Virus record (IMG/VR): IMGVR_UViG_3300010340_001122
Strand: one strand, 5' to 3'
From: a virus
Lineage: Duplodnaviria; Caudoviricetes
DNA: 64,000 bases
The position numbers were made by a program, and so were the translations under genes. Positions within the stretch are counted from its first letter, which is position 1. Every line of letters starts with the position of its first letter. Below are positions 19,781 through 29,851 of this stretch, one piece after another. Under the pieces are notes generated by a model, which saw only the letters and a list, made by a program, of their open reading frames with translations, had not been told where the DNA came from and did no database searches.

Positions 19781-21256
19781 ATGGAAAAAAAGATATTACC
19801 TTATTTAGTAGTACTTTCTGCACTTTCTGTTTCTTTATCAGCAGCGTTCTACTCTGTTACTGGACTTGGAAAGATGTTTTCAGGTGCTAGTATTCAAGTG
19901 ATGATTATGATGGGTTCACTTGAGATAGCTAAATTAGTTTTAGCGTCATTATTATACCAATATTGGGGAAAATTAAATAAAGCATTAAAATTTTATTATT
20001 TTGTAGCTTTATTTGTTCTTATGTCTATTACATCTGCTGGTATTTATGGATATTTATCATCAGCTTATTCTGAGACTTCTAATAAAGTTGAAAATATTGA
20101 TAAACAAGTTAAAGTTCTTGATACAAAACGTGAGATGTACCAAGTTCAATTGAATGATGTTAGATCTGAGAAGGAAAGAATTAGCTCAAATATTTCAGAA
20201 TTAACAAAAGCGGTTTCTAATAATTTTATTCAGACAAAGGATAGAAAGGGTAATATTATCACAACATCTTCATCTGCTAATAGAAAGGTTTATGAGGAAC
20301 AACTTAAATCGTCACAAAAAAGAAGAGATGATATTTTACTTACTGAAACTGCTTTAAATGATTCTATTACTAAAATAGATTTAAAAAAATTAGACTTAGA
20401 AACTAATACTGATATTGCTGGTGAGGTTGGTCCTTTAAAATACATCGCTAAATTAACTGGCAAATCAATTGATCAGGTTATTAATTGGTTTATTATTGCT
20501 TTAATGTTGGTATTTGATCCCTTAGCAGTTTCTCTTGTAGTAGGTGCGAATGTTATTTTCAGAGATAAGAAGAAAGAGGAAGAAAAATTATTACTTAGTA
20601 AAGAAATTGATAATAAAATAAAGGATTTTGAAATAAAAGAAAAGGAATTTAATATTTTAAGTAAAGAGTTTGAAAATAAGTTACTTAAAATTAAAAATGA
20701 TGAGATTAATTCGTTGGAAAAAATATCTCAGAGAGAAAAGGAAATTAATGAAAAGGAAAGTGAGATAAAGGAGTTGGGTGAAAAGGTTAGAGTTAAATCT
20801 GAGGAAATGAATTTAGATTTTCAAACAAAAGAAAAAAGTTTTGAAGACTATGCTGATTCTGAAAGAAAAAAGTTAGAAGAAAAAAGATTGGAAATTAATG
20901 ATTTACAAAATGAGCTACAACAAAAAACTGAAAATTATAGAGAGCTTATTCTAAAAGAAGAAGAAGAATATAAATCTAAGTTGGACACACAAAGAAAAAA
21001 ATTAGAAGAAGATTCTCAAATATTAAAAAAGGAAAGAAAAGAATTTAATAGTTTTAAGAAAAAAGTTCTTGAAGATAGAGAAGATGTCGATGATTTGATG
21101 ATTAAGTTAGAATCTAAAGAAGAAGAACTAAATCAAAGAGAAAATGAATTGGACCGAATAAAGGAAGAACTAGAGAGCTTAGACCAAGAGATCAAATCTT
21201 GGGAGTCACAAAATTTTAAAATGAAAAGAATGAATAGACCACCATCCTCTTTGTAA
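19781..21256 (+). CDS. Membrane protein with long coiled-coil
   Basis: N-terminal TM helices (AAFYSVTGL, LEIAKLV, TSAGIYGYLS), EVGPLKYIA, VFDPLAV; K/E-rich tail. Confidence 0.8.
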   Translation: MEKKILPYLVVLSALSVSLSAAFYSVTGLGKMFSGASIQVMIMMGSLEIAKLVLASLLYQYWGKLNKALKFYYFVALFVLMSITSAGIYGYLSSAYSETSNKVENIDKQVKVLDTKREMYQVQLNDVRSEKERISSNISELTKAVSNNFIQTKDRKGNIITTSSSANRKVYEEQLKSSQKRRDDILLTETALNDSITKIDLKKLDLETNTDIAGEVGPLKYIAKLTGKSIDQVINWFIIALMLVFDPLAVSLVVGANVIFRDKKKEEEKLLLSKEIDNKIKDFEIKEKEFNILSKEFENKLLKIKNDEINSLEKISQREKEINEKESEIKELGEKVRVKSEEMNLDFQTKEKSFEDYADSERKKLEEKRLEINDLQNELQQKTENYRELILKEEEEYKSKLDTQRKKLEEDSQILKKERKEFNSFKKKVLEDREDVDDLMIKLESKEEELNQRENELDRIKEELESLDQEIKSWESQNFKMKRMNRPPSSL

Positions 21257-21383
21257 AAAATCCACACTTGAATTTTTTTAATTTTTTGACATCATATATA
21301 ATAACATCTGAATATTTAAAAATTTTAAACTTTATTAAAACTTTTAAAACTTTTAATATAAAAGATAGACAATCAAAAATAAT

Positions 21384-21444
21384 CCAGTAGCGATTTTGAG
21401 GGTTACTTCGTATGGAAAAAATACTCTCGAAAAGTTATCTCTGG
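21384..21444 (+). ncRNA. Short Y-RNA-like hairpin upstream of Ro60
   Basis: CCAG/CTGG end pairing, TTTTGAGGGT/ACTCTCGAAA stem, TAGYGAT-N6-GRGTTACTTCG motif shared with next RNA. Confidence 0.6.
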
Positions 21445-21467
21445 TCCATTATATATTGAATGTTAAA

Positions 21468-21728
21468 GCAAACATAGTGATAGATTGAGTTACTTCGAAT
21501 ATAATTCAACTAAACACAGAAAGACTGAAAGCTAATCCAAGCAATCAGATTGGTAGTGAAATAATAAGCTACTCGGTGAAAAAGGATAGAGTAATTCACT
21601 TTAAGGATTCAAGAATTTACCACTTCTTGTAAATAAAGAGTAGGATAAGATGTATATCCTAAAGAATATCGGTCCTAGACTTCGGGATGAAGTCCGGATG
21701 ACATCTCACTCTAGATTTACTTGTTTGC
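21468..21728 (+). ncRNA. Long multi-hairpin Y-RNA-like RNA upstream of Ro60
   Basis: GCAAACA/TGTTTGC end pairing, TAGA.TGAG/CTCA.TCTA stem, at least 5 internal hairpins, same motif as 21384..21444, no ORF. Confidence 0.65.
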
Positions 21729-21743
21729 CACATTAATATAAAG

Positions 21744-21777
21744 AAGACCAGATTTACGTAAGTGAATCTGGTTTTTT
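21744..21777 (+). terminator. Intrinsic terminator after the Y-like RNAs
   Basis: AAGACCAGATTTAC-GTAA-GTGAATCTGGTTTTTT. Confidence 0.85.
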
Positions 21778-21802
21778 ATTGAAAAAAATTAAAAATTAAT
21801 AT

Positions 21803-23251
21803 ATGTCAAAGTTTAACGCAACATCACCAAAACAAAAGACACTTACAACTAACATTGCAGGTGGTCAGGCTTACAAACAATCAAACGAATTAGAATTAAT
21901 ATCAATTCTTTTGACTTCGTTTGTTAGTGATCAGTTTTATAGATCATCTAATGATACTTTAAATAGAGTTAAAGAACTTCTAGGTAAAGTTGATCCTAAA
22001 TTTGCAGCAAAAGCTGCAATTTTTGCTCGTGATAAATTTGGTATGAGAAGTATCGCACATGCGTTGGCTGGCGAATTAACTTCAAATATCTCTGGTCAAG
22101 AATGGTCTAAAAACTTTTATGATAAAGTAGTTGTTCGTGTTGATGATATGACTGAAATTATGTCTTATTACCTTGAGAATAAAACTGACAAGAATAAACC
22201 AAAGTTTCCAAATTCTTTGAAAAAAGGATTTGCATCAGCATTTAATAGATTTGATAATTATCAACTTGCTAAATATAAGAGTGAGGGTAAAGAAGTTAAA
22301 CTTATTGATATAGTAAATTTAGTTCATCCAATTCCAAACTCATCAAATAGAGAAGCTCTGGCTAAACTTGTTTCTGGTGGGTTGAAATCGACTGATACTT
22401 GGGAATCCAAGTTATCTAAAGCTGGTCAAGATGCATCTAATGGTGAAGAGTTGTCACAGTTAAAATCAGATGCTTGGGGTGAGTTACTTACAACAAAAAA
22501 GATTGGATATTTTGCACTTCTTAGAAACTTGAGAAATATTATTAATCAAGCTCCACAATTTGTTGGTTTAGCTTGTGATATGTTAACAGATGAAAAACTA
22601 ATTAAGTCAAGTCGTATTCTTCCATTTAGGTTCTCAACCGCTTATGAAGAAATCTCTAAGTTAGGATCTTCATCCGATGTTAGAATGGTGATGACTGCGT
22701 TACATCAGGCTTTGGATATATCATCAATTAATATTCCTAAATTTGATGGTGAAACATTAGTAGTACTTGATGTATCAGGATCTATGAGTGGAAAACCATC
22801 TGAAATAGCATCTTTATTTGGTGCTATGTTATCAAAGGCTAATAATTGTGATGTTATGACATTTGCTACAAGTGCTAGTTACAAAGCATATAATCCAATG
22901 GACTCAATACTTACTATTAGAAATGGGTTCCGTTTCTCTGGTGGTGGAACAAATTTTAAAGATATTTTCTTAAAAGCTAACAAGAAATATGATAATATTA
23001 TAATACTTAGCGACCTTCAAGGATGGATTGGTGATACAACACCATCATCTGAATTTAATCTTTATAAGAAGAAATTTAATTGTAATCCTCATGTGTTTTC
23101 CTGGGATCTAACAGGATATGGAAGCTTACAATTGCCAGAATCTCAGGTTTATTGTCTATCTGGATTTTCAGACAAAGTTTTCGATATAATAGAATTATTA
23201 AAAACAGATAAAAATCATTTGTTGAACGAAATAAATTCTATTTGTATTTAA
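21803..23251 (+). CDS. Ro60/Rsr (TROVE + vWA) RNA-binding protein
   Basis: TTNIAGG.AY, FDNYQLAKY, TWE, ALLRNLRNI, PFRF..AY, MIDAS DVSGSM, GGTN, ILSD.Q. Confidence 0.93.
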   Translation: MSKFNATSPKQKTLTTNIAGGQAYKQSNELELISILLTSFVSDQFYRSSNDTLNRVKELLGKVDPKFAAKAAIFARDKFGMRSIAHALAGELTSNISGQEWSKNFYDKVVVRVDDMTEIMSYYLENKTDKNKPKFPNSLKKGFASAFNRFDNYQLAKYKSEGKEVKLIDIVNLVHPIPNSSNREALAKLVSGGLKSTDTWESKLSKAGQDASNGEELSQLKSDAWGELLTTKKIGYFALLRNLRNIINQAPQFVGLACDMLTDEKLIKSSRILPFRFSTAYEEISKLGSSSDVRMVMTALHQALDISSINIPKFDGETLVVLDVSGSMSGKPSEIASLFGAMLSKANNCDVMTFATSASYKAYNPMDSILTIRNGFRFSGGGTNFKDIFLKANKKYDNIIILSDLQGWIGDTTPSSEFNLYKKKFNCNPHVFSWDLTGYGSLQLPESQVYCLSGFSDKVFDIIELLKTDKNHLLNEINSICI

Positions 23252-24206
23252 AATCATTTTCAGATAGTACTCCCTTTTTCTTATTAATTGACCTTTTTGT
23301 TATACAGAGATTATTTATATTTCCTATATCAATTGGGTCAATTTTATTTATAAATCCATAATATATTGATATTTTATGATCTATTGATGGGTAATCATTA
23401 TTATTATAATCCATAGAGTAGTTTTGTAAAATATATTCACCATCATAGTAATCATATCCATTCCAGTTTTCTATAAGTATTTTTTTAACTCTATATGTTA
23501 ATTTCCATACTTCATCTTTATAAATTTCAAATTCATTTTTATCTTTTATTGTGATATACGGATTATATCCATATTTTTCTTTAAAAAATTCACCTTTGAT
23601 TTCATTTGAGCTAAAAATATGATTAATTCCATAATTTTTTTGAAATGTATTTCTTTTTTTCTCTTTTATATAGTCTAACTTTGATACATTATCTACACCA
23701 AATTTATCAATATTCATTTTTTTAAATTTATCAATAAATTCTTTAGATTTCATATGGTGACTTACCCCATATTTATCTAGATTATATTTTATAGTTTTAT
23801 TTTTTATATCATTAGATTGTAGATAAAAATCAGTTCCATATTTTTCATTATTAGTTTCTTTAGTTTTAACTAAATATTCATTAGTTTTAGTAAAACTATC
23901 AACTCCATATTTTTCTAAGCAAGTTTTTTTTCTCTTTTCTACCACATTTGGATCATTCCAGGAACATTTTCGGGAACATCTTTTTGAATAACCCTCACTA
24001 TATTTTAAATATTTAACAGGATTTCCACAATAACATAAAATTACTTTATTTATATTATTATCTACACAATATACTCTCTCACCAATACTTGCAGATTCAG
24101 ATAGAAATTCTGTTCTTTTTATTAGTTCAATCTTTAAATCTTTATCTTTAAATTTTGAAATTTTAACTTTCAAAGGTAATTTTATAACATCATCATAGTT
24201 TATCAT
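23238..24206 (-). CDS. Putative HNH homing endonuclease with KxTxxEKYG repeats
   Basis: Cys motif C.CG...CS.KC, repeated T...KYG, C-terminal SIDHKIS...NL....RSIN..K. Confidence 0.75.
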   Translation of the reverse strand: MINYDDVIKLPLKVKISKFKDKDLKIELIKRTEFLSESASIGERVYCVDNNINKVILCYCGNPVKYLKYSEGYSKRCSRKCSWNDPNVVEKRKKTCLEKYGVDSFTKTNEYLVKTKETNNEKYGTDFYLQSNDIKNKTIKYNLDKYGVSHHMKSKEFIDKFKKMNIDKFGVDNVSKLDYIKEKKRNTFQKNYGINHIFSSNEIKGEFFKEKYGYNPYITIKDKNEFEIYKDEVWKLTYRVKKILIENWNGYDYYDGEYILQNYSMDYNNNDYPSIDHKISIYYGFINKIDPIDIGNINNLCITKRSINKKKGVLSENDFKYK

Positions 24207-24252
24207 ATATGTATATATAAAATATGATAGTCTCTTTATTCTATTTGATTGA

Positions 24253-25086
24253 TTATTTAAATTTTCTATTTTTGATAATCATTTTAGTGTGTGTTGAATG
24301 TGTTAATTCAACATTAAAATCCTTTTTAACTTGTTCTTTTAGGAAAGGTAATAGAAAATCTTCCTCATAAACAATTTTATAATCTCCTGGTATTTTAGAT
24401 TTAACCGTTTCTAATGAAACAGGAAGATAATTTTCATTAACTTCTCTATCCCAGTTGTCTGTAAATCTATATTTCATTAAGTAATGAACGAATGTTCTAT
24501 AATTATCACTAATAGTTCCCCATTTTTTTTCAAATGAGTCTAGATAAAATTTATCAGTTTTAGATCTAACTTTTCTGACATCATCTTTAAAGTGGTTAAT
24601 CTCTTGTTTATCCATTTCTAAAGATGGTATCATATCTCTAATTGTGATATATTTAAAATCACCGCCAAATACTTGTTCATTCCAGAATTGTGATATTACA
24701 TTTGGTCTTGAATAAGAATAAACTTCATGTATTACAGAACTTAGATTTAATAATGGGCTTTTGGATCCACTAGTATATTTGACTGCATCATACCAATTGT
24801 TAGTAAATATTGCTTTTTTTCCTAGTTTCGATTGTGCTTTAGATAGCATTGTATCATCTAAATCATATCCTATTAGTTTAACTCCTGGTTTTATTTTAGA
24901 AAGTTGTTCTAAGAATGTTCCATCGGCACATCCAAAATCAACTATTACATCAAAATTAACCATTTCAGTGAAGAATAGTTTATCCTTCATTGAATAATTC
25001 ATACCATCTATGTATGATTGTAAATTTGAAATTGGTTTTTCACCAACTAACTCTTCTAGAAAGAATTGCCAATTAAGTATATTCAT
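24253..25086 (-). CDS. Class I SAM-dependent methyltransferase
   Basis: IVDFGCADG, IGYDLD..ML, LSSVIHE. Confidence 0.85.
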   Translation of the reverse strand: MNILNWQFFLEELVGEKPISNLQSYIDGMNYSMKDKLFFTEMVNFDVIVDFGCADGTFLEQLSKIKPGVKLIGYDLDDTMLSKAQSKLGKKAIFTNNWYDAVKYTSGSKSPLLNLSSVIHEVYSYSRPNVISQFWNEQVFGGDFKYITIRDMIPSLEMDKQEINHFKDDVRKVRSKTDKFYLDSFEKKWGTISDNYRTFVHYLMKYRFTDNWDREVNENYLPVSLETVKSKIPGDYKIVYEEDFLLPFLKEQVKKDFNVELTHSTHTKMIIKNRKFK

Positions 25087-25104
25087 AATGTATATATTAT
25101 GAAT

Positions 25105-25875
25105 TTATTTCCAAATTGTCTCTAAGTCAATTTTTGCGGTTACGTCAATTATTTGTGAATCTTTTTTAAGAGAATATTTTCCAATTACTGACATATTTTT
25201 GACTATTTTTCTAACTCTTTTTTTATCATTTTCATCCATATCAAAATTGAATATTTGAATTAGATTCTCTATTTCATCAAATGATAGGTGTGATTTATGT
25301 CCTAGAAAATATAGAAAATCATATGAGTAGTCATTATAAACATCGGATCCTGGTATTTCAGATTTTGATATTAAAAAATATGTTAATGAATTTTCAACAC
25401 CAATGCAAGGAACCGAATATTTATATCCATTGAAATCAAATTCACGAGTTTCATTGTTATATTTTTCAATAACATCATCATCTAATTTACAATAGTTAAA
25501 TGTTGATGATTCAAATTTTATTTGTTCTTCTCTACCAATTGTGTCATTAAAGAAATATAAAGTTACTGGTCTATTATTTGTGAATTTTACAATCTCTAAA
25601 AATAAATAAACTATATCTATACTTTTAATATCATTATAGGAATATCCCCTAGATAGAATAACATTTTTTTCAACAATTTTTTTAAGTCTTGTTATTACAA
25701 CACCTAAATCTTCTTTATCATATTTGTGTTCATATTCAATAACATCTTCTAAATCTGCCTTTTTAATATGTATTTCAAAATCTGACTTATAGAAAAACCC
25801 TTGAGATGGTAATTGATAAGTTTCTATTTTTTTATGGACATTTAGTATTCCTTTAATTATGTTAAATAGACTCAT
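25105..25875 (-). CDS. Putative baseplate hub assembly protein (T4 gp26-like)
   Basis: QLPSQG.FY start and D..YLFL.I motif typical of gp26-like proteins. Confidence 0.5.
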   Translation of the reverse strand: MSLFNIIKGILNVHKKIETYQLPSQGFFYKSDFEIHIKKADLEDVIEYEHKYDKEDLGVVITRLKKIVEKNVILSRGYSYNDIKSIDIVYLFLEIVKFTNNRPVTLYFFNDTIGREEQIKFESSTFNYCKLDDDVIEKYNNETREFDFNGYKYSVPCIGVENSLTYFLISKSEIPGSDVYNDYSYDFLYFLGHKSHLSFDEIENLIQIFNFDMDENDKKRVRKIVKNMSVIGKYSLKKDSQIIDVTAKIDLETIWK

Positions 25876-25884
25876 AGTTTTATT

Positions 25885-27027
25885 TTAATTTTCTTCAAGA
25901 AGTAAATAAATAGTGTTACAAAAATCCTCAATATTTATTTCTTCTGATAAATCATTTGGATGAAGCATATGAATTTTTATTAAATCTTTTTTAATATCAT
26001 ATTTAATATTTATTATATAATGTTCTCCTTTAAAATTTATATCAAATAAGTAGAAATAGTTTCCCTCATGAGTCCATTCGGCATCTATTCCGTACTCTTC
26101 CAATTTTCTAAATTCTTCGTATAAATCAGATATTCTTTTTGTTTCTTGGGTTTCAAAAATAGGAAAAACTTTCTCTCTAATAATGTTTAATAACATTTCT
26201 GCTTCATAGTTAGGATCTGAATTTAAATCTAATTTAAATTCTAAATTTATTGAGTTTATTTTTTTTTCTATAATTTTTAATTCATCAAATACGTTCCAAT
26301 AAACTGGATGTAAATTGATTTTAATCCAATTTTTAATATCTAAATCACTTTTTCTAAATCCTTCAGGTTTATCTAAATCAAGATCTTGTATCCATCGGTT
26401 TGGTAAATCTCTAGCACTGTTGAATAAAAATATTGGATTTATTTTATAATTTAAATAATTAGATTCAATTTTTTCTCTATCTAATCTTAGATTTACTCCA
26501 AATTTACTTAAATATTTTCTTATCCAAATAGTTATACTTTTAAAGTTTACAAAACCATCTGATGTCAGCTCTATAGATGATGTGTAAGGATTATTTTCCA
26601 TATTACATATCACATCTTCGATAGAATCTTCAAAATCATAGATTGATTGTAATATATTATACTCATCTTCATTACAAATCACAAATTCATCTATTGGAAA
26701 TGATTTTAACGCAATACATTTTATTTTTTCATCAAATTCTAAAGATAATGTAGATTCAATTCTTGGTGATATATTATCAAAATCTTCTTTTTTAATTTTT
26801 TGATTTAAAGATATTAAATAACTTTTAAAATCAATATTACCACTATTATTTTCACTTCTTTTTAAATCAAGACAGGTTATTTCACTATCTGATATGGTTA
26901 TTACTGATTGATAAACTATTGGTTTGATAGATTCTATTTCTTCTATTTCAGATAGAATAGAATCTTCTATGGTATCTCTTACAAAAGATAAATCATTATA
27001 ATCTTTAAATTCTAATAGAAGCTTCAT
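25885..27027 (-). CDS. Hypothetical protein
   Basis: 380-aa ORF, MKLLLEFKDY start. Confidence 0.7.
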   Translation of the reverse strand: MKLLLEFKDYNDLSFVRDTIEDSILSEIEEIESIKPIVYQSVITISDSEITCLDLKRSENNSGNIDFKSYLISLNQKIKKEDFDNISPRIESTLSLEFDEKIKCIALKSFPIDEFVICNEDEYNILQSIYDFEDSIEDVICNMENNPYTSSIELTSDGFVNFKSITIWIRKYLSKFGVNLRLDREKIESNYLNYKINPIFLFNSARDLPNRWIQDLDLDKPEGFRKSDLDIKNWIKINLHPVYWNVFDELKIIEKKINSINLEFKLDLNSDPNYEAEMLLNIIREKVFPIFETQETKRISDLYEEFRKLEEYGIDAEWTHEGNYFYLFDINFKGEHYIINIKYDIKKDLIKIHMLHPNDLSEEINIEDFCNTIYLLLEEN

Positions 27028-27062
27028 GTTAGAGTATATATAATTAAAATTGAATCATATAA

Positions 27063-27764
27063 GTGTTAATTTTTGATGATTGTTTTAATTATTTAAGTAA
27101 AATTGAAGATAATTCAATAGACTTAATACTCACGGACCCTCCCTATGATATTTCAAAAAAATCGGGTTTCAGTTCCGGTAAGATGTCAAAGTTTACACAG
27201 ATATCGATTGATTTTGGATACTGGGACACTGAGATAGATTTAGATACTTTATTCAAAGAGTATTATAGAGTTCTTAAAAAAGGTGGAACTTTAGTTTTAT
27301 TTTATGATATTTGGAAGTCTGGAATGATTAAAGAGTTTGCGGCAAAGAATAAATTTAAACAGCCTAGAATAGGACAATGGTTGAAGAATAATCCAGTTCC
27401 CGTTAATTCAAAAATTAATTATTTGTCTAATTGTTCTGAATACTTTTTTACTTTTGTTAAAGATAAAAATGCAACTTTTAATTCTGAATATGATAATGCG
27501 ATTTATAATTATCCACTTTGCCATGGAAAGGAAAGACTAGAACATCCAACTCAAAAACCATTGGGTTTGATTAAGGATTTAATAGTTAAGCATTCTAATA
27601 AAAATGATATTGTTCTGGACACATTTTCTGGAACATCAACAACAGCTATTGCTTGTATGGAGACTGAGAGACAATTTATTTGTGTTGAAAGAGATGAAAA
27701 ATATTATGAAATTTCAAAAATTAGAATTGATAATTATAAACAACGAATTAAAAACACTATATAA
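27063..27764 (+). CDS. N4/N6 DNA methyltransferase (beta class), orphan
   Basis: LILTDPPY, HPTQKP, VLDTFSGTSTT; no adjacent restriction gene. Confidence 0.93.
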   Translation: MLIFDDCFNYLSKIEDNSIDLILTDPPYDISKKSGFSSGKMSKFTQISIDFGYWDTEIDLDTLFKEYYRVLKKGGTLVLFYDIWKSGMIKEFAAKNKFKQPRIGQWLKNNPVPVNSKINYLSNCSEYFFTFVKDKNATFNSEYDNAIYNYPLCHGKERLEHPTQKPLGLIKDLIVKHSNKNDIVLDTFSGTSTTAIACMETERQFICVERDEKYYEISKIRIDNYKQRIKNTI

Positions 27765-27778
27765 AAATAAAAATACCT

Positions 27779-28192
27779 ATGTCATTTATAGTAAAAAACT
27801 CACAATTATCAAATGAAGCTTTAAATTCTTTAAATTCTTTAATTGAACAAGATATCAACGCAACATGTGCTTTTAAATTAATAAGAATTATTAAATTTAT
27901 ATCTTCTGTTGTTGAGGATAAAGTAAAAGCTGAAAAGTTAATTTTCGATAAATGGGTTCAAAAAGATGAAAATGGTAATCAGTTGAGAGCTCAAGATGAA
28001 AATGGTGTTGATATACCTGACACTGTTCTTTTATCTGATATAGATTCTTTTAGTAAAGAAATGTCAGATCTTTTAAATGTTGAGAATGAAATTCCTTTTG
28101 ATAAAATTAGTTTTAATGATTTACAATTAAAAACAATTAAAATAAAAGATTTAATTAAAATAGAATTTCTATTTGATGATTTCGATAATTAA
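27779..28192 (+). CDS. Hypothetical protein
   Basis: 137-aa ORF. Confidence 0.65.
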   Translation: MSFIVKNSQLSNEALNSLNSLIEQDINATCAFKLIRIIKFISSVVEDKVKAEKLIFDKWVQKDENGNQLRAQDENGVDIPDTVLLSDIDSFSKEMSDLLNVENEIPFDKISFNDLQLKTIKIKDLIKIEFLFDDFDN

Positions 28193-28258
28193 TTCAAAAT
28201 AATAAGTTCATTATAAGAATTAAGTTTTAATATATACATTAAAATTGATTCTTATTAA

Positions 28259-29848
28259 ATGTCTTATATTTTAGCTACTTATAGTGAAGCGATTGGTACA
28301 ACAACAGAGGCTGTTAGTAAAACAGCATTACTAGATGTAATATCATTACTTCCTGATAATACTTCTAAAGAAATTACCCCAAGGGATGTGAGGGACGCTA
28401 TACTTTCAACTTGGGAAACTTCAGCAATAAGATATACTAGTAATGGTACTGATGCTTATATTGGTGTTGATAGAGATGATGTAAAGGATATAAAATTATT
28501 TTTAGGTAAAAAAGAAATATCAGGATCTACTATTCTCTCAACTATATTAACTGGTAGTGATACAGATATATTTTTATATAATTTTAAATCTGATTCTGAT
28601 CCTACACAAGATCTAAAAATTAGTTTATTAGCTGGTAGTTCGGCATCTTTTTTCCCATTAGCTCCTTATTTTAAATCTGCTTATGTTTCATCATTTGGTG
28701 GATATTTATCATTAGATATTGTTAATCCGGCTATTTATGGAACAATTAATATACAGAGTGGATCATCAGCTAGTATTAGTATTAATAACCTTGATTGGCC
28801 TTCTATAAATTATATAAATAGTGTTATTGCAAATCCATCAAATGCATCTGCATCAACAAGTTCAGATTTATTTCTCGTTGTTAGATCCGGTAACTCTTTG
28901 GAATTGACAACTTATCAATCTAATGGTGGTAATTTAGGAACTCCTGGTTCTCCTACAAACATATATGGTAGTCCAGTTCAATTAAATGGATATGATTTAG
29001 AATATACAAATTTAATTCCTACTGTTGCAACTTTTGGTGGTATATCTTTAGGATCAACTTTTAGTAATGTTCCTTTATCTACTATGATAACAGCTATGTT
29101 ATACCCTAACTATCCACCTATTTCAACAATAACTATTACAACAACATCAGATGGAGCATTGAGTTATAATAATAGTCTTGAAAGAAGACACGGTACTACT
29201 CCTATTACAATTACTTACACATATACGTTAACAAAATTAACAAATAATATAACTTCTACTAATTTCTCATTAGTTAGAAATTTAACATCAATTGCTCCTG
29301 GTGGTGGTTGGCCAACAACAACATTGTCAGGACTAGGTTTAGTTACACAAACTTATACTGGTAATACAGTTGATGTTCCTGGTACAACAATAGGTGCTTT
29401 CACTGGAAAGAGTGTATTTACTTTCTCAGTTTCTCCTAATGATGGAACATATTCATCAACAGCTTCTACTTATTTTGAAGTTGTTTATCCTTATTTTTAT
29501 GGATTTTCATCAACATCTTCGAATAGTCAGGCAATTACACAGGCTTATGCAATGGCTGAGACTACTAAAAGAATTGATATTATGGGAAGTCAAAGTTTAG
29601 CTTTGAGTGGTAGTGGATATTTACATTTTATTTATCCATCATCTTATGGAACACTTTCAAATATTCTGGATGGTAATAATTTCATTGAATATACACATGG
29701 ATCTTCTGGAACTTGGACATATTCTATTCAGAGCCTTAGTAGTCCAACTGATCCGAGTGCATATTGGGCATCTGCTAACTTCTATGTTTATAGAAAAACA
29801 TTAACAACAACTATACCACCATCACAAATTTATAAATTTAATTTTTAA
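28259..29848 (+). CDS. Ser/Thr/Gly-rich virion structural protein
   Basis: LPDNTSKEITPRDVRD N-terminus, beta-rich S/T composition, VYPYFYG and YLHFIYPSSYG.L; TAATATATA promoter. Confidence 0.65.
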   Translation: MSYILATYSEAIGTTTEAVSKTALLDVISLLPDNTSKEITPRDVRDAILSTWETSAIRYTSNGTDAYIGVDRDDVKDIKLFLGKKEISGSTILSTILTGSDTDIFLYNFKSDSDPTQDLKISLLAGSSASFFPLAPYFKSAYVSSFGGYLSLDIVNPAIYGTINIQSGSSASISINNLDWPSINYINSVIANPSNASASTSSDLFLVVRSGNSLELTTYQSNGGNLGTPGSPTNIYGSPVQLNGYDLEYTNLIPTVATFGGISLGSTFSNVPLSTMITAMLYPNYPPISTITITTTSDGALSYNNSLERRHGTTPITITYTYTLTKLTNNITSTNFSLVRNLTSIAPGGGWPTTTLSGLGLVTQTYTGNTVDVPGTTIGAFTGKSVFTFSVSPNDGTYSSTASTYFEVVYPYFYGFSSTSSNSQAITQAYAMAETTKRIDIMGSQSLALSGSGYLHFIYPSSYGTLSNILDGNNFIEYTHGSSGTWTYSIQSLSSPTDPSAYWASANFYVYRKTLTTTIPPSQIYKFNF

Positions 29849-29851
29849 ACT

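Noticed and set aside
27063-27764. Restriction-modification system
   Set aside because: No cognate endonuclease adjacent; orphan methyltransferase
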